Part shown: piece by piece, positions 41,058 through 50,175 of the stretch | Layout: every line of letters begins with the position of its first letter | Position numbering within the stretch: the stretch's first letter is position 1 | Assembly: GCA_963737065.1 (NCBI GenBank) | Contig: CAVTRC010000001.1 | Location: 192,001-256,000 of the forward strand | Reading direction: 5' to 3' | Source: Candidatus Eremiobacteria bacterium | Lineage (GTDB): Bacteria; Vulcanimicrobiota; Vulcanimicrobiia; Vulcanimicrobiales; Vulcanimicrobiaceae | Length of the DNA stretch: 64,000 nt | Translations under genes and position numbers: made by a program | The notes under the pieces: generated by a model | Seen by the model: only the letters and a program-made list of their open reading frames with translations | Told to the model about the DNA's origin: nothing | The model's database searches: none

Positions 41058-42329
41058 TTAACGGAAGAGTCCCAGAACCGTTTGCGCGTTCGAGTTCGAC
41101 TGCGCCAAGACCGACGTGCCGACTTGCACGAGGATCTGCAGCTTCGTGAACTCGGTCGTCGCTGCGCCGACGTTGAGGTCGCGGATGGACGATTCCGACG
41201 CCTGCAGGTTCACCGCTGCGACGTTGTCGTTGCTCGCATCTTCGTTGAGGCGAACGATGACCGCGCCGAGTTGCGCCTGCTGATTGAGGATCGTCTGGAG
41301 CGCGTTGTCGATCTGACCGATCGCGTCTTCCGCACCGAGCGACGGAGCGTTCGCGGCGGAGAGCGCCAGGTTGATGTTCGAGATGCGCAGCGTTTGCGTG
41401 CTCGTCGCCTGGATACCGATCTGGATGACGTCGCCTTCATCAGCCGCCGATTGGAAGCTCAGCGCCGGGTTGTTCGGGTTCGTCAGAGCAGCCACGTTCT
41501 GGCTGATCTTGATGTACGACGTCGTGCCGACATCCGCGGTCGTGAACGTACCGAGGCGAACGCTGACGTTGTCGAACGCCGCCGCAGCGCCTTTGGCACC
41601 GTAAAGGCTCGAGGACACGCAGACCTTACCGGTCGCACTGTCGACGAACGTTTCTTGCACGGCGATCGACACGCCGGTGTTGATCACCTGAAGCTCGATC
41701 GTACCGTCGGTCGTACCGGTGCCGCCGAAGCCCGCCGTACCGCCGGTGGTCGTCTGGAACTTCGCGTTCGCGGCAGAAACCGATGCCGCGAGGAAGCCGT
41801 AGTTGATGCCTTGGCTCGTCGCGATATTACCGTTCGTCGAGAGCGCCGTGTTCGCCGTGATGTGCAGGTTCGCTTGTTGACGCGCCTGGAAGCCGGCGTG
41901 GCTGCCGTCGAGGAGTGCTTGACCGTTGAAGTTCGTGTTCTGCGAAATCCGGTTGACTTCGAGCAGAAGCTGCGAAACTTCAACCTGCAGGTTCTGACGA
42001 TCGCTGTTCGAGTTGATGTCCGACGCCGCTTCGACCGCGAGATTGCGGATCCGTTGCAGAATGTCGGTCGTCGTTTGCAGCGCGCCCGACGCGACTTGCG
42101 CCGCGTTGTTGGCGTTCTGCACGTTTTGAACGGCTTGGTTGTAGCCGTCCACCTGCGTTTGCAGATTCGTCGCGATTGCGAGGCCCGACGGATCATCCGA
42201 CGCATTGTTGATGCGCAGACCCGACGAGAGCTGCGTGACGATATTCTTGAGCGCGTTTTGATTGTTGTTCAGGTTGAGCTGAACGTTGTTCGCCAACAGA
42301 TTATTGGCAATGCTGAGTCCTTGACTCAT
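41058..42329 (-). CDS. fliC: Flagellin
   Basis: LSSGLRINNASDDPSG, ILQRIRNLA, TNFNG, SESSIRD, VLAQSN...VLGLFR. Confidence 0.97.
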   Translation of the reverse strand: MSQGLSIANNLLANNVQLNLNNNQNALKNIVTQLSSGLRINNASDDPSGLAIATNLQTQVDGYNQAVQNVQNANNAAQVASGALQTTTDILQRIRNLAVEAASDINSNSDRQNLQVEVSQLLLEVNRISQNTNFNGQALLDGSHAGFQARQQANLHITANTALSTNGNIATSQGINYGFLAASVSAANAKFQTTTGGTAGFGGTGTTDGTIELQVINTGVSIAVQETFVDSATGKVCVSSSLYGAKGAAAAFDNVSVRLGTFTTADVGTTSYIKISQNVAALTNPNNPALSFQSAADEGDVIQIGIQATSTQTLRISNINLALSAANAPSLGAEDAIGQIDNALQTILNQQAQLGAVIVRLNEDASNDNVAAVNLQASESSIRDLNVGAATTEFTKLQILVQVGTSVLAQSNSNAQTVLGLFR

Positions 42330-42332
42330 TTT

Positions 42333-42400
42333 TCCTCCATGAACGCGCGGTGCGCGTGTTGTTACAAGACTAGTCTGAAGGGGAACGTCCTGTCCCCTCC
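42333..42400 (-). promoter_or_regulatory. Putative CsrA binding sites in the flagellin leader
   Basis: Hairpin with AGGAC loop (42377-42400) and ATGGAGGA overlapping the SD. Confidence 0.65.
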
Positions 42401-42406
42401 GTTGGA

Positions 42407-42434
42407 ATATCGGAGCCGCGATTTACCGACTTTA
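42407..42434 (-). promoter_or_regulatory. sigma28 promoter of fliC
   Basis: TAAA-N16-TCCGATAT. Confidence 0.9.
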
Positions 42435-42446
42435 GCAGGCCTCGAA

Positions 42447-42728
42447 CTATTTTCGTCGCGGCTGCAGGCGCGCGCGCGAGGCCGTTCCGATCGTCGCCGG
42501 CGTCGCGGCGGGCGCGTTCGCTGCTTCGGTCGCGGGAGCGCCTGCGGCTTCGGCCGCAACGCGGTTCGAGCGCTGGATTTCTTCGTAAATTTCCGAGCGG
42601 TGAACGGGTACTTCGCGGGGCGCCTCGATGCCGAGTTTGACCTGATCGCGGTCAACGGCAACGACGACAATACGAACGTTGTCGCCGATCATGATCGACT
42701 GGTTGATCTTACGGCTCAGAACGAGCAT
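42447..42728 (-). CDS. csrA: Carbon storage regulator
   Basis: MLVLSRK...IGDN...KLGIEAP..VHRSEIY, with the C-terminal extension of FliW-associated CsrAs. Confidence 0.97.
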   Translation of the reverse strand: MLVLSRKINQSIMIGDNVRIVVVAVDRDQVKLGIEAPREVPVHRSEIYEEIQRSNRVAAEAAGAPATEAANAPAATPATIGTASRARLQPRRK

Positions 42729-42814
42729 GGGGGCCGGCCCTCCTTGGCGATTCGCTAGGCCGGGCCTTCTCGCCGGAGGGCGGACACACCCTCTTCTTCC
42801 TTAATTACGCAGGA

Positions 42815-43315
42815 TTATGCGGACTCAGCTTTGACTGAAGGCGGAATCGGTGTGCGCGGAATCGGCTGGCGCACCGAGAAGCCGGAATTCTCCAGCACGA
42901 TCTGACGGCCGGTATGCGTGCGCAGATTGACGACGATCGGCGCGAAGAGATTCATCGTCATCTCTTCGGCGTTATCCGTCACGACGACCACGCAGAGCAT
43001 CGTGAAGTCGGACGCGCCTTCGATGTCGAGAGCGGCGACGGCATAATTTGGAAGCTTCGGATCGTACTCTTCGAACACATAGTACGGATCCATCGTCGGC
43101 AGCGCCACGTTTACGTCATCGAGCGACTGCAACCACACGAACGAATTGTTTTGGTCGACGTTGAGCGCAAGCCAGCGGCGCAGGTTGGGAAACCCCGGGA
43201 TTCCCCACGGAAAACGAATGACGTCGGTTTCAGAGAACGTGCAGATCCCGAAGCGCCGAAACTCCATCGTTTGCGTGTCGGTTACGTTCATATCCGATTC
43301 CATCGAAAGACTCAT
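42815..43315 (-). CDS. fliW: Flagellar assembly factor
   Basis: FPWGIPGF, WLQS, TMNLFAPIVVN, GRQIVL. Confidence 0.95.
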   Translation of the reverse strand: MSLSMESDMNVTDTQTMEFRRFGICTFSETDVIRFPWGIPGFPNLRRWLALNVDQNNSFVWLQSLDDVNVALPTMDPYYVFEEYDPKLPNYAVAALDIEGASDFTMLCVVVVTDNAEEMTMNLFAPIVVNLRTHTGRQIVLENSGFSVRQPIPRTPIPPSVKAESA

Positions 43316-43330
43316 GCGTATACGACGCTC

Positions 43331-44671
43331 CTAGCCGCCGTTGAGGTAGTCGAAGAGGTCGTGTTGTTCGAGCCGCGTCGTCGTCGCATACGCGGCCTGA
43401 AGGACCGTCTGCGTCTGCGAGAATTGCGTCGTCACCTTAGGTATATCGGTATCTTCCAAGCCCGACTGCACGGCCGTATCGTTATTTACTTGTGAACCGG
43501 CCGCGCTTTCCAGCGTTTGCGAACCCTGAATGTCGGAACCGACAATCGCTCGCGCATTGAGCGTCGTGCTGAGGACTTGATCGATGTCGGCCAGTTGCGT
43601 CGAGATGTAGTTCGTGTTCGATGCTTGCGTCGACAAGCCGAACGCCGTCGTAAAATTTGACGGTGATGCAGCGCCTGCTGAGGCGACGTCCGTAATAGTA
43701 AACGGTGCGGGCGGATTCGACGTGCTCGTGAACACGAACTTTTGCGTCTGCGCGTTGAACGACGCGGTAACTCCCATATTTGCGCCGGTAAGCTGCGCGT
43801 TTATTTGCGCAACGGCGCTGGCGACCGTAACAGCCGGTCCCGGCGTAAGCGTGATATCTACGCCGCTCGTATTCACGCCGTTTGCAATATTGATTTCAAC
43901 GTTGCCGCTCGAGTCCGGTTTCAGCGGCGTCGCCATCAGTTGTCCAGCGCCGCTCGCGGTCAGCGCGGAGAGCAGCGTGTTGTTTGTGATCGCCGTTCCG
44001 GGCAGATTCAACGCCGCCTGACTTTCGTCGACGACGGAACCGCTATCAAGCGCGTCGCGCAGGTCGATCAACGCCTGGAAAACGCTCGGCGATCCATCCG
44101 GCGCATTGACGTTAAACGCCTGTTGCAATGTGACGCCCGTCCCAATGCTCGTTCCGTTCGGCGCCTTCTGCGTCTGTTGCACGACGTTGCCCTGCGTCGT
44201 CACACTCGTTATCGGGCTGCCTTGGCCCTGCACGAGTGGGACCGATGCCGGCACGTTGGTTCCCGAGAAGACGTATTTTCCGTTGTACTGCGTATTGGCA
44301 AAGCCGATCACTTCTTGAAGGATTTGATCCACTTGCGTCCCGAGATCGGCGCGCTGCGACGCGTTCATCGTATCGCTCGCGCCTTCAACGGCGAGATTTC
44401 GCGCGCTTTGCAAGGCGTTCGTCAGGTTCGAAAGCGCTCCGTCAACCGTCGTCAACTCATTGGTGAGGTCGCTGTAATTCTTTCCAAGCTGCGTCTGGAC
44501 CGCGTTATCGGCGCGCACGTTGAGGTCTTGGGCGATGACGGTAGGATCGTCGGAGGGAACATTGAGCGACTTTCCGGTCGAGAGTTCCTGCCCCTGGTTC
44601 TGGTATGTCGCGTACAGATCGTCGATTGAAGACGATTGTTCGCTGTAGAGCGACGACGTTGCAATGCGCAT
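43331..44671 (-). CDS. flgL: Hook-associated protein 3
   Basis: MRIAT, STGK..PSDDP, NGKYVFSG, LFDYL. Confidence 0.95.
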   Translation of the reverse strand: MRIATSSLYSEQSSSIDDLYATYQNQGQELSTGKSLNVPSDDPTVIAQDLNVRADNAVQTQLGKNYSDLTNELTTVDGALSNLTNALQSARNLAVEGASDTMNASQRADLGTQVDQILQEVIGFANTQYNGKYVFSGTNVPASVPLVQGQGSPITSVTTQGNVVQQTQKAPNGTSIGTGVTLQQAFNVNAPDGSPSVFQALIDLRDALDSGSVVDESQAALNLPGTAITNNTLLSALTASGAGQLMATPLKPDSSGNVEINIANGVNTSGVDITLTPGPAVTVASAVAQINAQLTGANMGVTASFNAQTQKFVFTSTSNPPAPFTITDVASAGAASPSNFTTAFGLSTQASNTNYISTQLADIDQVLSTTLNARAIVGSDIQGSQTLESAAGSQVNNDTAVQSGLEDTDIPKVTTQFSQTQTVLQAAYATTTRLEQHDLFDYLNGG

Positions 44672-44683
44672 CGGTTAGCCTCC

Positions 44684-46888
44684 TTACTGTCCGACACCAA
44701 GTCCGTTGATGATCGTATTGAGCAGCGAGTTCAAGGTCGAAATCGTCTTCGCTGCCGCTTGATATGCGTTCTGATACTTGATCAAGTTCTGCGTTTCTTC
44801 ATCGAGGTTGATGCCGTCGATGCTCTGACGCTGCGCATCGATCGTACTGGTCAGATTCGTCTGCGTCGCCGTGCCGGTGATCGCCGTCTGCGTGTCGATC
44901 CCGACCTGCGTGATGATCGAACCGTAGAACTGCTGCAGCGTTTGCGTCTGCGCGCTTTGAATCGTATAGTTCGCCGCGTGATTTCCGGCCGGGGTAAACG
45001 TCACCGACTCAACGCCGGTCGTCGGATCGAACGCAATCGCGCTCACGGTGACCTTTTCGGTCGAATTCGGCGCGGTCGGCGGGCTGTCGATGGTCAGCAC
45101 TTGGCCGACCTGTACGTTCGTAATGCCGGCAGGCAATGCGACCGTCGTCGGCGACCCCGCTGCCGCAGGACTCGCAGACGTGAACGCAAGCGCCGGTACA
45201 CCGACGTTCGACTGGAACATGCTCGTGAGCGCGTTGGCCGCCCCGTTATCGCTTTTCGCGAAGGCGTTCGTCCCTTGCACGACCGCACCGCCCGCCGTCT
45301 GCAGATTCTGCGCGCCGAGCACGCCGAGCAGCGACGCTGCCGGTTGACCGGCCTGCCAATTGGAATCGTCGATCGCGAACGTCGGGGAGGCCGGGCTCCC
45401 GGCCAGCGCTTGCGCGCCGCGAAGCGCGAGGCTCTCGTTCTCCGGATCGCGCGCAAAGACGATTTGCTGCGAGGCGGAATCGAATGATGCGCTCACACCG
45501 AGCTGGGCGGCATTGAAGTTGCTGATGAAATCGTTGATCGAGTCGGCGTTGCCGCCGGCCGCTACATTATAGTTGAACGCCTGTGAAACGCCGTCGACCG
45601 TCACGCTCAGCGTGCCGGTCGTCAATGCGGTGACGGGCGGCGGACCGGGGGATGCAACTTGCGGCGGATTGGCGAGCGAACCGTTTCCGATTAAGGCTTG
45701 CGACGTGTCGACGGTGTTGTTTGCGGAATTCAGCGGCACGACCAACGTACCGGCGCTCGTGTTCGCGAGCGCAACGGGCAACTGATTCGGATTGGTCATT
45801 CCGCACGCGATGTTGCCGGCCGAGATCGGAAGCGACGCCACGATGGGCTGGAAGAGCGCCGTTCCGGCAACGCCATTCTGATCGTAGGCCGACTCGGTTA
45901 TCCGGTTCACTTCGTTTGCGAGCGAACTCGCGAACTGATCGAGCTGCGTGCCGTACGACGCAAGCTTGTTGTTGTAGACGTCCTGCAATGCCGCGAGCTG
46001 GCCGGAGCCAAGCGGAATGCCCGGCGCGTTCGCCGCCGCCGGCGGATTCGTATCGAAATCGAGCTTGAATGCGGGCGCACCGTTCGACGCCTGCCCTACG
46101 ACCGGCGCGGCAAGATGATACACCTTCGTATCGTTCACGAGCGCCTGACCGTTGACCGTGACGAGCGTCGAACCGTCGGTCTGAATCGACGTTTGGGTGC
46201 CGAGATATTGCGAAAGCTGATCGATAAGGTAATCGCGCTGATCCGCAAAGGTATTCGGGCTGTCGCCGACCGCGGTCGACGCGCGAATCTGTCCGTTGAG
46301 CGCAGCAATTTGGTCGAGAATGCCGTTGACCTTCGTGACGAGCGACGCGCCCTGCTGGAGCACCGACTGTTCCTGCGTCGTGATCGCGTTCGATGCACTG
46401 CCGAGCGAACTTGCAAGCGACTGCGCAGCCTGCAAGACGTTTTGCTGCGCGGCCGAGGGATTGCCGCCGCCCTGCTGCGAGACGAGCGCGGCAATTGCGG
46501 ACTGGAAGTTGGCATACTGAGTGCCGATGCCCGAATTCGGATCGCCGAGTTGCGATTGAATGCCCTGCAGCACCGTCTGCTCGGTCGTATAATAGTTCTG
46601 CGACGACGATGCCCCGCGAAACATCGCGTCGTACGCGTTGTCGTGAATGCGCTGGATCTGCGAGATCACCGCACCTTGGCCCACGGTGCCGGGCACGTGC
46701 GTCGCCATGAAAGGCGAACCAACGAGCGGCGTCGCCTCCGTAAGATCGACCTGCTGGCGCGACGCACCGGGCGTGTTTGCGTTCGAAATGTCGTCGCTCG
46801 TTACGTTCTCGGCAACCGAGAACGACTGCAACGACGCCGACATCATGTCGAGCCCGAAGAACGTACTCTGTGGAAAGTAGCTGCTCAT
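44684..46888 (-). CDS. flgK: Hook-associated protein 1
   Basis: ISNANTPG.SRQ, DQRDYLIDQLS, GINLDEE..NLIKYQNAYQAAAK. Confidence 0.96.
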   Translation of the reverse strand: MSSYFPQSTFFGLDMMSASLQSFSVAENVTSDDISNANTPGASRQQVDLTEATPLVGSPFMATHVPGTVGQGAVISQIQRIHDNAYDAMFRGASSSQNYYTTEQTVLQGIQSQLGDPNSGIGTQYANFQSAIAALVSQQGGGNPSAAQQNVLQAAQSLASSLGSASNAITTQEQSVLQQGASLVTKVNGILDQIAALNGQIRASTAVGDSPNTFADQRDYLIDQLSQYLGTQTSIQTDGSTLVTVNGQALVNDTKVYHLAAPVVGQASNGAPAFKLDFDTNPPAAANAPGIPLGSGQLAALQDVYNNKLASYGTQLDQFASSLANEVNRITESAYDQNGVAGTALFQPIVASLPISAGNIACGMTNPNQLPVALANTSAGTLVVPLNSANNTVDTSQALIGNGSLANPPQVASPGPPPVTALTTGTLSVTVDGVSQAFNYNVAAGGNADSINDFISNFNAAQLGVSASFDSASQQIVFARDPENESLALRGAQALAGSPASPTFAIDDSNWQAGQPAASLLGVLGAQNLQTAGGAVVQGTNAFAKSDNGAANALTSMFQSNVGVPALAFTSASPAAAGSPTTVALPAGITNVQVGQVLTIDSPPTAPNSTEKVTVSAIAFDPTTGVESVTFTPAGNHAANYTIQSAQTQTLQQFYGSIITQVGIDTQTAITGTATQTNLTSTIDAQRQSIDGINLDEETQNLIKYQNAYQAAAKTISTLNSLLNTIINGLGVGQ

Positions 46889-47364
46889 ACTTTACTGCTC
46901 AAGAGCACGCTGTTGGTCGGAGGCGGCACGAATCCGCGGCGCTTATACGTGCCCGGCCCGTCGTTATGCGCCTTTTGGAGCGCGGCAGTCACCTTCATCA
47001 AGCGGTCCATACCGCCGACGATCAGCGACTTATTGTTGTTCGTCGTAATTCCGAGCGCGATCGACGTCGTCGTCAATTCTTGAATGCGCTGACCGAGCAG
47101 CGGCCACATTGGGCGCGGCGCATAGCCGCACACTTGCCGCAGCGACAGCGTTCCGAACCCGCGGACTTGCATTCCGCGCCGTTTTCCCGAGCCGGCTTGA
47201 TAGGCCTGACGCGCCGAATCCAATTCGCGCTCGGCGGTCGAGATGCCGGCGAGATTGTTCGCAACGAGTGCCTGCGTGAGGCGCTGCGCCGCATCGTGCA
47301 CGCGCATCAACAAGCTCGATTCTTCGTGCAGCGCTGCTGCAAACGCGTCCCAGGAATCGGTCAC
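46885..47364 (-). CDS. flgN: FlgN-like export chaperone
   Basis: Helical 159 aa between flgJ and flgK with GTGA/ATGA overlaps; call is mostly positional. Confidence 0.65.
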   Translation of the reverse strand: MTDSWDAFAAALHEESSLLMRVHDAAQRLTQALVANNLAGISTAERELDSARQAYQAGSGKRRGMQVRGFGTLSLRQVCGYAPRPMWPLLGQRIQELTTTSIALGITTNNNKSLIVGGMDRLMKVTAALQKAHNDGPGTYKRRGFVPPPTNSVLLSSKV

Positions 47365-47714
47365 GGTTCCATCCTCCGATCGACATCCACGTGGGCTTCT
47401 TGGTGAGCATCGGATAGAACTTGACCGCGCATCTGCTCTTCGAGCACGCGTCCGATGCCGAGGCCTCCATTTTGCGCAATCGCTTGCGCGCGTTGGTCGT
47501 TGAGCATCGACTGCCACGTCGACTCCGACGCCGACTCCTTGCCGAAAATCGAATTCGTCGGCACCGTCTCTTGCATCGCGTTCATGACCATCTGCATGAA
47601 TACGCCTTCGAACTGTGTCGCGGCTTGGTGGAGCCGCTTGAGCGCCTCTTGCTGCTCCGGCGTCAATGGTTGCGCCTGCGCATTTTTGCCGACGCCGCTG
47701 ATATCGCCCGCCAT
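47361..47714 (-). CDS. flgJ: Rod-binding FlgJ (no muramidase domain)
   Basis: LHQAATQFEGVF..M, GGLGIG. 117 aa. Confidence 0.88.
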   Translation of the reverse strand: MAGDISGVGKNAQAQPLTPEQQEALKRLHQAATQFEGVFMQMVMNAMQETVPTNSIFGKESASESTWQSMLNDQRAQAIAQNGGLGIGRVLEEQMRGQVLSDAHQEAHVDVDRRMEP

Positions 47715-48838
47715 TACAGAATCTCCACGTCGGCTTGGAGCGAGCCGGCCGAACGCAGCGCTTGCACGATGGAAATCAGATCGCGCGGCGAGACGCCCAG
47801 CGTGTTGAGCGCGCGCACGACCGATGCGAGCGTCGCAGCGCCCGCGATGAACGTCAGTTGTTTGCCGTGTTGCGTCGCGGAGACTTGCGAGTTCGCTTGA
47901 CGTGCCGTCCGGCCGTTGCTGAACGGCTGCGGTTGCACGACCTGATTGTCGGTCGTGATCGTGATCGTCAGATCGCCGTGCGCGATCGCGCACGGTGCGA
48001 GCTTGATGTCGCCGCCGAAAACGACCGTTCCGGTGCGCTCGTTCATTACGACCTTCGCCGGCTCGTCTTGCTGGAAGGTCAGATCCGAGGCGTCCGCGAG
48101 AAATTGAACGGGATTCCCCATGTAGCCCGGCGGCAGCGTGACATGTACGGTTTCGCCGTCGAGCGCTCGCGCGAAGCGGCCGCCGAACCGACCGTTGAGC
48201 AGCGATGCGAGGTTCGCCGCGGTCTTATAGTCGGGCGTCGTCAGCACGTAATTGAACCCGGTCGGATCGCTCTGCAGCGGCGTGACCATGTCGCGCGCGA
48301 TGACGGCGCCGTTCGGAATCCGTCCCGCGCCGGTGAAATTTGACGCGACGCCCGAGGCGTTCGCGCCCGCGACGAATCCGCCGACCGAGACGGGCCCTTG
48401 CGCCGTTGCGTACACGAGATTGTTTGCCGCTCGCAGCTCCGTGAGGACGAGCGTTCCGCCTTGCAGGCTTGTCGCGTCGCCCATTTCGGAAACCGTCACG
48501 TCGACGTTGTCGCCCGAGTGCGCAAACGGCGGCAGCGTTGCCGTGACGATCACGGCCGCAACGTCGCGCGTGCGCACGCCCTGTTGATTCACCGAGAGTC
48601 CGAAGCTCTGGAGAATGTTCTGGATTGTTTGGCTCGTGAAAATGACCGACGTCGAGTCGCCTGTACCTTGCAGTCCGACAACGACACCGTAGCCCACGAG
48701 TTGGTTACCCGTTACGCCTTGCACTTTCGCGATATCGCGCACGCGAACCGGACGGCTCACGCCTTGCGCGGATACGGGAACGCCCGCCGCTGATACGGCG
48801 AGCATGAAAGCAAAGAGCGCACACAGTAAGTTTCGCAT
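47714..48838 (-). CDS. flgI: Flagellar P-ring protein
   Basis: NQLVGYGVVVGLQGTGD, SLQGGTL, NERTGTVV. Confidence 0.97.
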   Translation of the reverse strand: MRNLLCALFAFMLAVSAAGVPVSAQGVSRPVRVRDIAKVQGVTGNQLVGYGVVVGLQGTGDSTSVIFTSQTIQNILQSFGLSVNQQGVRTRDVAAVIVTATLPPFAHSGDNVDVTVSEMGDATSLQGGTLVLTELRAANNLVYATAQGPVSVGGFVAGANASGVASNFTGAGRIPNGAVIARDMVTPLQSDPTGFNYVLTTPDYKTAANLASLLNGRFGGRFARALDGETVHVTLPPGYMGNPVQFLADASDLTFQQDEPAKVVMNERTGTVVFGGDIKLAPCAIAHGDLTITITTDNQVVQPQPFSNGRTARQANSQVSATQHGKQLTFIAGAATLASVVRALNTLGVSPRDLISIVQALRSAGSLQADVEIL

Positions 48839-49428
48839 CAGAACAACCAACTCAATATCCGTGAAAGCAGCCCTTTAGCTTTGAGATCGTTGCCTTTGAA
48901 TTCAGCGTGCACGTTCGCCACGCGCGACGCGAGCACCGAATCGTCTTGCGCGAGATCTTCGGGACGGATCACACCGGTAATGTGCAGCGTCTGTTTGCGC
49001 CCGTTGATGTTGACGTCCTGATCGCCGGCAATCTCCATCGCGCCACTCGGCAGCACGTTTGTAACGGTCGTCATCATCGTCGAAATAAACGAATCCGCAC
49101 CGCTCGCGCTTTGCGCCGTGGACGTCGTGGACGCACCGCCGATATTCGACGTGTTCTTCAGCAACGCAACCATGAAGTTGCCGGTGCCGCCGCTCAGGGA
49201 CGTGTTGAACTGCTTGTCGCTCGAATAATTGTTCGTGTGTGAGTTCAAGTCGTTGAAGTCGAACTGCACGTAGACCAGGTCACCGATTTGCTGCGCGCGA
49301 TGATCGGGCCCCAAACGGAGCGGATGTCCGGGGGCCGCCGGCGCGGGCGCTGCCTGATAGAGGGTGTCCGCCGTGGCTGTGACGGGCGCCAGGACGAACA
49401 TCGCAATAATCGCAACGGCGCGTCGCAT
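48838..49428 (-). CDS. flgH: Flagellar L-ring protein
   Basis: DHRA..IGD, VLPSG, GVIRPED, GLLSRIL. Confidence 0.92.
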   Translation of the reverse strand: MRRAVAIIAMFVLAPVTATADTLYQAAPAPAAPGHPLRLGPDHRAQQIGDLVYVQFDFNDLNSHTNNYSSDKQFNTSLSGGTGNFMVALLKNTSNIGGASTTSTAQSASGADSFISTMMTTVTNVLPSGAMEIAGDQDVNINGRKQTLHITGVIRPEDLAQDDSVLASRVANVHAEFKGNDLKAKGLLSRILSWLF

Positions 49429-49429
49429 G

Positions 49430-50170
49430 CTACAGTGCTCCTCCGGTTATGTCGAGTTCTGCGCGATCGGGACCAACGACCGTTCCCGAAAGCACCTTCT
49501 TCGTTTGCGGGTTCCACAATTGAATCTCGTCGCCGAGTCCGCCGCCCGTGCGCGCGACGACATCGGCCGCAATCGCGACGCCGCCGTCGTGTACGATCAG
49601 CATGACCGTGCTGCCGGGTTTGACGATCTCATTCGTCTGCGTGCTCTCGATCGCAATCGGCTGTCCTTCGCGCGTAGCGCTTACGACTTTGCGCCCGATC
49701 AACGCGTCGACGCCGTTGATCCGCTGACCGTGGAAGGGAACCCGCCGGACCGTTACATCATCCGCCGTGATAACGCATCCCGGCACGAGATCGTGCGCGG
49801 CAACCGCGGTGCGGACGTATTGTTGAATGCGATACCCGACGAAGACTTGACGCAGGAACTTGCCGTCGACGTCGATCGTGACCGGAACGTTGATGTACGA
49901 CGGATTGTACATCGCTGTACCTACCGCGAGCGTCACGGCTCCCGCTGGTACGATTTGATCGGGCACCGGATACGCTTGCACCAGTTCCGCGTCGCCGGTT
50001 AGCTCGACGGACCTCGTCGCAGCATTCGCGAGTTGCTCGAATCGTTTGCCGGACACACGCGTCCCGGGCTGCGCGGAGGCAATCGACGGCACGCATCCCA
50101 AGAATGCGAGCACGACGACGGAAACGGCAGCGGCCCTCGACAACGTCACGGCGGCAGTGCGCATGGTCAC
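49430..50170 (-). CDS. flgA: P-ring chaperone
   Basis: SAF-domain pattern, GGLGDEIQLWNPQTKK, position between flgG and flgH. Confidence 0.88.
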   Translation of the reverse strand: MTMRTAAVTLSRAAAVSVVVLAFLGCVPSIASAQPGTRVSGKRFEQLANAATRSVELTGDAELVQAYPVPDQIVPAGAVTLAVGTAMYNPSYINVPVTIDVDGKFLRQVFVGYRIQQYVRTAVAAHDLVPGCVITADDVTVRRVPFHGQRINGVDALIGRKVVSATREGQPIAIESTQTNEIVKPGSTVMLIVHDGGVAIAADVVARTGGGLGDEIQLWNPQTKKVLSGTVVGPDRAELDITGGAL

Positions 50171-50175
50171 CTAGC

